In this document: piece after piece, positions 9,647 to 17,411 of the stretch
Numbering within the stretch: position 1 is the first letter of the stretch
Layout of the letters: each line of letters opens with the position of its first letter
NCBI GenBank assembly: GCA_036375975.1
Contig: DASVBF010000141.1
Span: forward strand, 1,703 to 65,702
DNA from: Nocardioidaceae bacterium
GTDB lineage: Bacteria > Actinomycetota > Actinomycetes > Propionibacteriales > Nocardioidaceae
Direction: 5' to 3'
DNA: 64,000 nucleotides
The notes under the pieces: model-generated
The model's database searches: none
The model's input: only the letters and a program-made list of their open reading frames with translations
Told to the model about the DNA's origin: nothing
Program-made: the position numbers and the translations under genes

Positions 9647-10396
9647 ATGACCGACGAGCTCGTCCACTACGACGCCGCGGACGACGTGGCGACGCTGACC
9701 CTCGACTCGCAGCACAACCGCAACGCACTCTCCCGGCAGCTGGTCGGTGAGCTGTTCGAGCGGCTCGACCGGGCCGAGAAGGACGAGGAGGTGAAGGTCG
9801 TCCTGATCCGGGCGGAGGGTCGGACGTTCTGCTCCGGCGCTGACCTCTCCGAGGCGAGCGGCGAGGGCATGGAGAAGGCCGCGGGCGTCCTGGTGGACCT
9901 CCAGCGTCGCATCGCGACCCTCGCCAAGCCGGTCGTCACGCGGCTCCACGGCAACGTCCGGGCGGGCGGCATCGGGATCGTCGCAGCCTCCGACATCGCG
10001 ATCAGCGCCGCCGACGCGACGTACGCCTTCACCGAGGTCCGCCTCGGCCTCACCCCGGCTGCCATCTCGCTGAGCGTGCTGCCGCGGATGACCGACCGGT
10101 CCGCGGCGTTGACGTTCCTGACGGGTGAGGTCTTCGACGGTACGGCGGCCGCCGGGATGGGCCTCGTCACCAAGGCGGTTCCGGAGGACGAGCTCGACAC
10201 CGAGGTGCGCCAGGTCTGCATCGCGCTGGCGAAGGGCAACCCGCAAGGGCTCCGGGAGACCAAGCAGCTCCTCGGGCGGCCGCTCGTGGAGCGGATCGAC
10301 CGTCACGGTGACGAGCTGTCGAGGCTCTCGGCGCGGCTGTTCGGGTCGGAGGAGGCCAAGAACGCGATGCTGGCCTTCCTCAGCCGGAAGAAGTAG
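9647..10396 (+). CDS. Enoyl-CoA hydratase/isomerase (crotonase) family protein
   Basis: Crotonase signatures are present (FCSGADLSE, GNVRAGGIGIVAASD). The ATG at 9647 was preferred over the upstream in-frame start at 9584. Confidence 0.8.
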   Translation: MTDELVHYDAADDVATLTLDSQHNRNALSRQLVGELFERLDRAEKDEEVKVVLIRAEGRTFCSGADLSEASGEGMEKAAGVLVDLQRRIATLAKPVVTRLHGNVRAGGIGIVAASDIAISAADATYAFTEVRLGLTPAAISLSVLPRMTDRSAALTFLTGEVFDGTAAAGMGLVTKAVPEDELDTEVRQVCIALAKGNPQGLRETKQLLGRPLVERIDRHGDELSRLSARLFGSEEAKNAMLAFLSRKK

Positions 10397-11144
10397 CCGG
10401 CGCGGGAGAGAGCAGGGGGAGCTCGGCCCACACGAGCTTGCCCTCGCCCGGGAGAACCTCCAGACCCCACGCGCTGCTGAGTGCGTCCACGAGGTGGAGC
10501 CCGCGGCCGCCCTCCGCGGTCCGGCTCTCGGGCTGGGGCTCCGGTGTGCCCGCGCCCCGGTCGAGCACGTCGATGCGCAGCGCGGAAGGGCTGACCGAGA
10601 GCCGGATCCTGCACGCCGAGTCGGCGTGGGTCACCGCGTTGGTCGCCAGCTCGCTCGTGACGAGCAGTGCGTCGTCCAGGAGGCTCTCGAGGTGCCACTC
10701 GGTGACCTGGTCGGAGACGAACTCCCGTGCGAGGCGGGCGCTGGTCGGCGACTGGGGGAGGTCGATCTCCGCCTCGCCCGCCCGACGCTGTCCGACGGAC
10801 TCCAGGAGGTCGACCAGGTAGTCCAGGTCCTCGGCCTTGACGACGAAGCCATCGGCGTGCGTCGCGATCCAGGCGCGGTCGGGGGTGTCGACACCGGAGA
10901 AGACCACGACCCGCGACTCCGGAGACCTCTGCCGGATCCGGCTGAGGACCTCCCGACCGGCGATGTCGGGCAGACCCAGGTCGAGGACGACGATGTCCGG
11001 CCGCAGCTGCTCCGCGAGCCGGACCGCCTCGCTGCCGTCACCGGCCTCGCCGACCACCTGGAAGTCGTCGCGGAAGCGTAGGGCCGTGCGGAGCAGGCGA
11101 CGTACCTCGACGACGTCGTCCACAAGCAACACCCGGATGCCCAC
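10380..11144 (-). CDS. Response-regulator receiver domain fused to an RsbW/SpoIIAB-like anti-sigma Ser/Thr kinase (HATPase_c_2) domain
   Basis: The N-terminal REC domain reads IRVLLVDD...DIVVLDLGLPDIAG. The C-terminal part reads ELATNAVTHA...RIDVLDRGAG...GGRGLHLVDALSSAWG. Its 3' end overlaps the convergent hydratase gene by 17 nt. Confidence 0.7.
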   Translation of the reverse strand: MGIRVLLVDDVVEVRRLLRTALRFRDDFQVVGEAGDGSEAVRLAEQLRPDIVVLDLGLPDIAGREVLSRIRQRSPESRVVVFSGVDTPDRAWIATHADGFVVKAEDLDYLVDLLESVGQRRAGEAEIDLPQSPTSARLAREFVSDQVTEWHLESLLDDALLVTSELATNAVTHADSACRIRLSVSPSALRIDVLDRGAGTPEPQPESRTAEGGRGLHLVDALSSAWGLEVLPGEGKLVWAELPLLSPAPATSSG

Positions 11145-11168
11145 CCATGCAGGGTATCCCCGCCTCCG

Positions 11169-13166
11169 TCAGTCGACCTCCCCCAACAGTGTGCGCGGAC
11201 CAGGCCCGACGGGGGCCCGCGGCAGCCTCAGGACGAACGCGCCTGCAGGGGCCCGTTCGGAGGCGGGCTCGTAGAAGGCATCGCCGCCCTGAGCGCGGGC
11301 CAGCTCCCGAACGATGAACAGGCCTAGACCGGTCCCGCTCGTGCGCTGCCCGGTGGCGAACCGCTCGAAGAGCCGCGGCCGCATCGTCTCGGCGACGCCT
11401 GGCCCCGCGTCGCGGACCCTGATCTCGACCACGTCTCCGTCTTCCTGGGCCGTGACGTGCACGGGCGGCGAACCGTGCCGCAACGCGTTGCTCAGCAGGT
11501 TGTCGAGCGCCTGGGCGAGCCGGTCCGGGTCCGCGGAGGCCGACAGGTCGTCCGGCGCGTCGACGTCGATCTCCAGGTCCGGGTCGGCCCGCTTCACGGT
11601 GGCGACTGCGCCGGCGAGCGCGGCCGACACGGGCACGGGCTCGCACCGGACGTCCAGCGCGCTGGCCTGGATGCGGGAGGCGGTCAGGAGGTCCGCGAGC
11701 AGCCGGCGGAGCCGCCCCGTGCTCGAGGTCATGGCCCCGAGCAGGTCCGTGCGCTCCTCGTCCGTCAGCTCGTCCCAGTGCTGAGCGAGCATGTCCGCGG
11801 ACCCGCCGAGGACGCCGATGGGCGTCCTGAGCTCATGGGCGGTGACGGCGAGGAACTGAGACTGCTCCGATGCGGACTCCCGGAGGCGGGCGTTGAGCGA
11901 CGCCAGCTCGGCGTTCGCGGACTCGAGGGCCCGGACGGCTTCCTCTCGCTCCTGCTCCAGCCTGTTTCGCTCGCTGTTGTCCCGCGTGACCTTCGAGAAG
12001 CCGATGTGCTCGCCGGCGTCGTTGAAGACGGCGGTGATCAGCACGTTCGCCCAGAACCGCGAGCCGTCCTTGCGGATGCGCCATCCCTCCTCCCCGTAGT
12101 GGCCCTCGCGCAGCGCTCTTGCGAGCTCGTGCTCGGGGTGCCGCCGCTCCTGGACCTCAGGCGGGTAGAAGACCCGGAAGTGCTGGCCGATGATCTCGTC
12201 CGCCGTGTAGCCCTTGCTGCGTTGCGCCCCGCTGTTCCAGCTCACGATGTGCCCGGTCGGGTCGAGCATGAAGATGGCGTAGTCCTCCACCGCCTCGACC
12301 AGGAGCCGGAAGCGCTCCTCGCTCTTGCGGAGCTCCTCGACGGCGGCTGTCTCGGCGGTGACGTCCTGCACCTGGAGGAACACGTACAACGGTCGGCCGG
12401 CGGAGTCGCGGACAGGCGCGAGCGTCGCCCGCACCCTGCGGTCGTCCGCTGCCCGTGCCACGCCGTGCTCGAGCTGCACGACCTCCGGGGACCGGCGCCG
12501 GATGTCCTCGAGGGCGGCGGAGACCAGGCTCTCCTGGCCATCGGTCAGCTCGCCGTAGAACAGGCCGACGAGGTCCCCTGCGGGACGCTGGACCAGGCTG
12601 GCGAGCGCACGGTTGCCGCGTACGAGACGTCCCGTCAAGGTCATCGTGGCCATCCCGATGGCGGCCTCCTCGAACACCTCCCGGAACCTCTCGAGATGCT
12701 CGTCCAGCACTCGCTGGTCCGCCGAGGCAGGCGTCGGGGAGCTGGGGCCGGGCGGCTCGACGTCCTCTGCGTCTGGAGCTGTCTCGTCGGCCCCCGTGGC
12801 AAGGGCGCTCAGGCTCTTGACCAGGGCGTCGACCGGCGTGGACTTCTCGATGAAAGCCGCGGCGCCGAGCTGCGCCGCCTTCTCCGCGAGCCCGTGCTCC
12901 TCGAAACCGCTGAAGAGGACGACGCGCGTGCCCGGGGAGACCTCGTGCACTCGCGGCAGGGTCTCGAAACCGTCCATCCCGGGCAAGGAGACGTCGAGCA
13001 GCATCAGCGAGGGCTCGTGCTCCCGTGCCAGGGCCACGGCCTCCACACCGTCACCGGCCTCGCCCACGACCCGGAGCCGCCCCGACATGCGCAGGCGGGT
13101 CTTGACCAACAGGCGAACCTCGGGCGCATCGTCCACGATCACGATCGTCGCCGCGCCCTCGCCCAT
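11169..13166 (-). CDS. Receiver-modulated PAS sensor histidine kinase (REC-PAS-PAS-HisKA-HATPase_c)
   Basis: The REC domain reads IVIVDD...LMLLDVSLPGMDG. Two PAS/PAC-like blocks follow. The H-box is AHELRTPIG, the N-box LLSNALRHG and the G-boxes DAGPGV and GTGLGL. The stop lies 24 nt upstream of the next minus-strand gene. Confidence 0.8.
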   Translation of the reverse strand: MGEGAATIVIVDDAPEVRLLVKTRLRMSGRLRVVGEAGDGVEAVALAREHEPSLMLLDVSLPGMDGFETLPRVHEVSPGTRVVLFSGFEEHGLAEKAAQLGAAAFIEKSTPVDALVKSLSALATGADETAPDAEDVEPPGPSSPTPASADQRVLDEHLERFREVFEEAAIGMATMTLTGRLVRGNRALASLVQRPAGDLVGLFYGELTDGQESLVSAALEDIRRRSPEVVQLEHGVARAADDRRVRATLAPVRDSAGRPLYVFLQVQDVTAETAAVEELRKSEERFRLLVEAVEDYAIFMLDPTGHIVSWNSGAQRSKGYTADEIIGQHFRVFYPPEVQERRHPEHELARALREGHYGEEGWRIRKDGSRFWANVLITAVFNDAGEHIGFSKVTRDNSERNRLEQEREEAVRALESANAELASLNARLRESASEQSQFLAVTAHELRTPIGVLGGSADMLAQHWDELTDEERTDLLGAMTSSTGRLRRLLADLLTASRIQASALDVRCEPVPVSAALAGAVATVKRADPDLEIDVDAPDDLSASADPDRLAQALDNLLSNALRHGSPPVHVTAQEDGDVVEIRVRDAGPGVAETMRPRLFERFATGQRTSGTGLGLFIVRELARAQGGDAFYEPASERAPAGAFVLRLPRAPVGPGPRTLLGEVD

Positions 13167-13521
13167 GACGACGACGCTACTCCCGAGGGGTGACCGTCTG
13201 CCTCGACTCAGGCGCGGCGAGAGCCGGGGTGGTCAGGGTTCACGCGTCCGCTGATCGGTGCGTCGTCGAGGGAGAACTTCGCGCCGGTACCCGGGAGTGA
13301 GGTACTACGGCGAAACGGTGCCGAAACGTGACCGAACGGATCCGGGCGCGGCGCGGGGCAGCGACGACGGCGCGACGCGCAGCCCGCGAGGCGCAGCCCC
13401 CGGGCGGGCCCGGATTGGTGGAAAACGGACCAGGCGGTCACGGTTCTCGCGGTAGAGTTGACGACTTGGTTTTTGCCAGGGGACGGAAGCGCACCAGACG
13501 TCAAGGAGCGGTGGATCAGCC

Positions 13522-15675
13522 TTGTCCACAGAGATCGCTGAGCGGGAGATCGCAAACGAACAGCAGTTCGTGGACCGCGTCTACCTCCAGCTGGAGCAGG
13601 CCGCGAAGAACGCGGAGGCGCTCGCGAAGGAGGGCTACGGCCGTGGCAGCCTGGGGCACGAGGGCGGTCTCGTCGAGCGGGACGCGATGGTGTTCCAGGC
13701 CGCGAAACGTCTGGCGATCCTGAACGCCGCCCACGAGGGCCTGGTCTTCGGTCGCCTCGACCTCGGCGACGAGTCGGAAGCACCCCGCTACATCGGCCGT
13801 ATCGGCCTGCGTGACGAGAACCGCGACTCCCTCCTGGTCGACTGGCGAGCACCGGCGGCGGCCGTCTTCTACCAGGCGACCGCGGCCGAGCCGAAGGGCG
13901 TCGCCCGCCGTCGGGTGCTGCGCTGCGCCGGCCAGAAGGTCGTCGCCATCGAGGACGACCTGCTCGACCCGGACGCCCCCGTCGCGGACCGGCTGCCCGT
14001 CGTGGGCGAGGGCGCGCTCATGGCCCAGCTCTCCCGCGCCCGCGACCGGTCGATGCACTCGATCGTGGCGACCATCCAGGCCGAGCAGGACCAGGCGATC
14101 CGTGCCCCGGGCAAGGGCGTCGTCCTCATCACGGGAGGGCCCGGCACGGGCAAGACCGTGGTCGCCCTGCACCGGGCCGCGTTCCTCCTCTACAGCGACC
14201 GTCGTCGCTACGAGTCCGGCGGTGTCCTCATCGTGGGCCCGTCGGGTGTGTTCATGCGCTACATCGAGCGGGTGCTTCCCTCGCTGGGGGAGACCGCGGT
14301 GGCCCTCCGGTCGCTCGGCGAGGTGGTCGACGGCGTGAAGGGCGTCCGTCACGACGACCCGGCCGTGGCCGACGTGAAGGGCTCGGCGCGCATGGCCGAG
14401 CTGATGCGGCGGGCAGCGCGCCAGGCGGTCCCGGGAGCGCCGAGGGAGTTCCGCGTCTTCTACCGCGACGAGAACATCCTGCTGACTTCGCGCGACCTTT
14501 CGGGGCTGCGCCGCCAGCTGCTCTCGCAGGGCAAGCGCAACCGGCAGCTGCCCAAGGTGGCGAACGCCCTGCTCGACCTCATGTGGCGCCAGGTCCGGGG
14601 CGAGCGCGGGCGTGACCGCGGCCGGGACCGGTTCAACGACGAGATGATGGACGACGCCGGCTTCCTCGACTTCGTTCGCGCCTGGTGGCCGCCGCTCGAC
14701 GCCACGGAGGTGCTGCGCTGGCTCGCGGACCCCGAGCTGCTCGCGCGCGTCGGTGAGGGGGTCGTCTCCCAGGAGGACATGGCTCTGCTCACGAAGTCGT
14801 GGTCGTACGACGCGGAGCACACCGGTCGCAGGGGGACCGACTGGGCCGTCGAGGACGTGCCTCTCCTCGACGAGCTGCGCTACCAGCTCGGCGACCTGCC
14901 AGAGCGGCACGACGACGAGGAAGACCCCCTGGCGTACCTGTTCGACGAGAACGCCCGCGAGGTGACCACGATCGCCGACCGGGACTACGCGACCGGACCT
15001 CGCACGTCGACCCGGACCGACGACGACTCCTACGCCCACGTGCTCGTGGACGAGGCCCAGGACCTCTCGCCGATGCAGTGGCGCATGGTCGGCAGACGCG
15101 GCCGCACCGCGAGCTGGACGGTCGTGGGCGACCCCGCGCAGTCCTCCTGGCCGGTCCCCGAAGAGGCGGCACGCGCCCGCGAGGAGGCCTTCGGCGACAG
15201 GCCCCGCCACGAGTTCCACCTCTCGACCAACTACCGCAACAGCAAGGAGATCTACGACTTCGCGGCCGGCTACGCCGAGCGGGTCGGACTCGACGCGGAC
15301 CTCCCCCACGCGGTCCGCTCCACCGGGGTCGCTCCCGAGGAGCGTCGGGTCGAGGACCTCGAGGCGGGTGCTCGCGCAGCGGTCGCCGAGCTCGCGGCCT
15401 CCGTTGAAGGAACGGTCGGGCTCGTGGTCCCGGCCGCCCGTCGTACCTCCGCACAGGCCTGGCTCGACTCGTGGGTCGAGCTCGGGGAGGACCGCTTGGG
15501 GGGCGCGGAGGCACGGATCGCCGTGCTCACCGGGCTCGACACGAAGGGCCTCGAGTTCGACGGGATCGTCGTGGTCGCCCCCGCCGAGATCGAGACCGAG
15601 TCGCTCACCGGGCGGGCCACGCTCTACGTCGTCCTCACCCGCGCTACCCAGCGCATGATCACCGTCTCCGTCTGA
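13522..15675 (+). CDS. helD: HelD-like RNA-polymerase-associated UvrD-type ATPase
   Basis: The start codon is TTG. The N-terminal coiled-coil EIANEQQFVDRVYLQLEQ is typical of HelD. Walker A is ITGGPGTGKT and the DEAQ motif is VLVDEAQDLSPMQW. A UvrD-like C-terminal domain is present. Confidence 0.8.
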   Translation: MSTEIAEREIANEQQFVDRVYLQLEQAAKNAEALAKEGYGRGSLGHEGGLVERDAMVFQAAKRLAILNAAHEGLVFGRLDLGDESEAPRYIGRIGLRDENRDSLLVDWRAPAAAVFYQATAAEPKGVARRRVLRCAGQKVVAIEDDLLDPDAPVADRLPVVGEGALMAQLSRARDRSMHSIVATIQAEQDQAIRAPGKGVVLITGGPGTGKTVVALHRAAFLLYSDRRRYESGGVLIVGPSGVFMRYIERVLPSLGETAVALRSLGEVVDGVKGVRHDDPAVADVKGSARMAELMRRAARQAVPGAPREFRVFYRDENILLTSRDLSGLRRQLLSQGKRNRQLPKVANALLDLMWRQVRGERGRDRGRDRFNDEMMDDAGFLDFVRAWWPPLDATEVLRWLADPELLARVGEGVVSQEDMALLTKSWSYDAEHTGRRGTDWAVEDVPLLDELRYQLGDLPERHDDEEDPLAYLFDENAREVTTIADRDYATGPRTSTRTDDDSYAHVLVDEAQDLSPMQWRMVGRRGRTASWTVVGDPAQSSWPVPEEAARAREEAFGDRPRHEFHLSTNYRNSKEIYDFAAGYAERVGLDADLPHAVRSTGVAPEERRVEDLEAGARAAVAELAASVEGTVGLVVPAARRTSAQAWLDSWVELGEDRLGGAEARIAVLTGLDTKGLEFDGIVVVAPAEIETESLTGRATLYVVLTRATQRMITVSV

Positions 15676-15687
15676 AGCCCGCGACCG

Positions 15688-16260
15688 TCAAGGGCCCGAC
15701 CGACGGTGGGCGCAGACCGCGGCGTGATGTCGCCGCATGAGGTCGTCGGCCGGCTCGGCCAGAGGCACCGGACGCACGAGGACTCCTCGCTCGGTGACGA
15801 CGCGGAGGACCGCCACGCGCACCTCCCCGGGAGGGCTGTCGCAGTCGGCCACCGGCGCCGAGAACCGGAGCACCTCCCAGGTGCGCGGCTCGATCGGGGT
15901 CGCACGGGTGCCGGTCAGGGTCGAGGGCCAGCCGGGCAGGGCGGCCAGCTCGACGACGACCCTCTCGTCGCCCCGGTTGACCAGGGAGAGCCAGAAGGCG
16001 CCATCGGTCCGAATGGCGGAACGACCCACCGAGCCTGCGGCGACCCGGATGACCTCGGGGCCGCTCCTCGGGGCAGCATGGTCCGCCACGGCATCGGGAG
16101 CAGCCGCGTCGCGGGACTCCCGCACCAGCAGAGTCGCACCCAGGCCGACGGCCAGGACCGCGGCGAGAGCGACGAGCAGGGGCGGGGGTCGGCGCGGCGG
16201 GTCGTCGCTCCCGTAGGAGAGCACCTCGTGGTCCCCGTCGAGGGGGTCCCCTCTGGTCAC
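15688..16260 (-). CDS. Hypothetical membrane-anchored protein (single N-terminal TM helix, ~120-aa extracytoplasmic domain)
   Basis: It has high third-position GC. The TM segment is LLVALAAVLAVGLGATLLV. The GTG start overlaps the stop of the M28 peptidase gene (GTGA at 16257-16260). I recognise no motif. Confidence 0.55.
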   Translation of the reverse strand: MTRGDPLDGDHEVLSYGSDDPPRRPPPLLVALAAVLAVGLGATLLVRESRDAAAPDAVADHAAPRSGPEVIRVAAGSVGRSAIRTDGAFWLSLVNRGDERVVVELAALPGWPSTLTGTRATPIEPRTWEVLRFSAPVADCDSPPGEVRVAVLRVVTERGVLVRPVPLAEPADDLMRRHHAAVCAHRRSGP

Positions 16261-17282
16261 CCCTCCAGGCTAGACGTCGCCGCGAGCCTCGCCACGGCGT
16301 GGCTCACCGCGTGCGACATCTCGCCGACCGCCCGCATGTTGACCTGGCCGAGCTCGTCGCAGGCGCGGTGGTAGCACGGCTCGTAGGGGGCGAACGGCTC
16401 GCCGCCGAACGCCGAGGCCTCCGGCTCCGTCTTCGACCCCTCCGCCCCGCTGAACAGCCCGCCCACAGGCACGCCGTGCGTGACGAAGGCCCGGTAGTCG
16501 CTGCGACCGTCCAGCGGCGTCTCCTCCGCGGCGAGGTCGCGGGAGGCGAAGTAGTCGTGGAACACCTTCTCGATCGCCCCCGACCCGTCCGGACCCTCCA
16601 TGGCCTGACCGCCCTCGGGGAAGCTGGAGTTGTCCCCGTCGTACACCAGCCGGACGTAGTTCGAGGAGCCGATCATGTCGAAGTTCAGGTACATCGCGAC
16701 GTCACGCAGGCCACCACTGGCGGCGAGGTCCTCGACGTAGTGGGTCGACCCCACCAGCCCCAGTTCCTCGGCGCCCCACCAGGCGAACCGGACCCGGTTG
16801 ACGGCCTTCGTGCCCGCCGTCCGCTGGGCCGTGGCGAGGAGTGCTGCCGTTCCGGTGCCGTTGTCGTCGATCCCGGGGCCTCCGGGGATGCTGTCGAGGT
16901 GCGCCCCGGCCATCACCACGTGGCGAGGGTCCCCGGCGGCGGTCTCGGCGATCACGTTCCACGAGGTGATCTGCGAGCCGGAGTCCGTCGTGAACCGGAA
17001 CTCCTGCACCGTCGGTTCGTAGCCGGCCCTCTCCAGGACCCTGACCACGTAGTCCCGCGAGGCCGTGTAGCCAGGTGTGCCGGCGGCCCGCGTGCCGTCG
17101 TTGTCGTCCGCGATCCCCTGAAGTGCCCGGAGGTGCCGCGCCACGATCTTTGTGTTCGCGTCGTCCGGCACGACCTGCGCCGGCAAGTCCGCGCGGGTGT
17201 CGAACTGCGTAACGACGAACGCTCCCCCCATCAGCAACACCGCGACGCCGGCGAGCACGCCGAACCGGTCCCCCCTGGTCAC
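16257..17282 (-). CDS. M28-family aminopeptidase (secreted or membrane-anchored)
   Basis: An N-terminal TM/signal segment is present. The Zn-ligand context is GAHLDSIPGGPGIDDNGTGTAALL. The overall layout is that of a Streptomyces-type aminopeptidase. Confidence 0.8.
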   Translation of the reverse strand: MTRGDRFGVLAGVAVLLMGGAFVVTQFDTRADLPAQVVPDDANTKIVARHLRALQGIADDNDGTRAAGTPGYTASRDYVVRVLERAGYEPTVQEFRFTTDSGSQITSWNVIAETAAGDPRHVVMAGAHLDSIPGGPGIDDNGTGTAALLATAQRTAGTKAVNRVRFAWWGAEELGLVGSTHYVEDLAASGGLRDVAMYLNFDMIGSSNYVRLVYDGDNSSFPEGGQAMEGPDGSGAIEKVFHDYFASRDLAAEETPLDGRSDYRAFVTHGVPVGGLFSGAEGSKTEPEASAFGGEPFAPYEPCYHRACDELGQVNMRAVGEMSHAVSHAVARLAATSSLEG

Positions 17283-17411
17283 GTCTCCAGGGTAGGAACG
17301 CGAAGAGGTTCCCGGTATGCCCCAGCCGGGCTACGGCGGCGGCTTCCCCCGGTGCCCAGGGAGCAGAATGCGCTGAGACCGCCGAGGGGCCCGTTGTAGC
17401 GTTGCCGCACC

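Noticed and set aside
13190-13306. A 38-codon GTG-initiated ORF preceded by GAGGGG, in the region upstream of helD.
   Set aside because: It is short, has no recognisable motif and only moderate codon bias. The SD + GTG + ACC arrangement occurs by chance often enough at this GC content.
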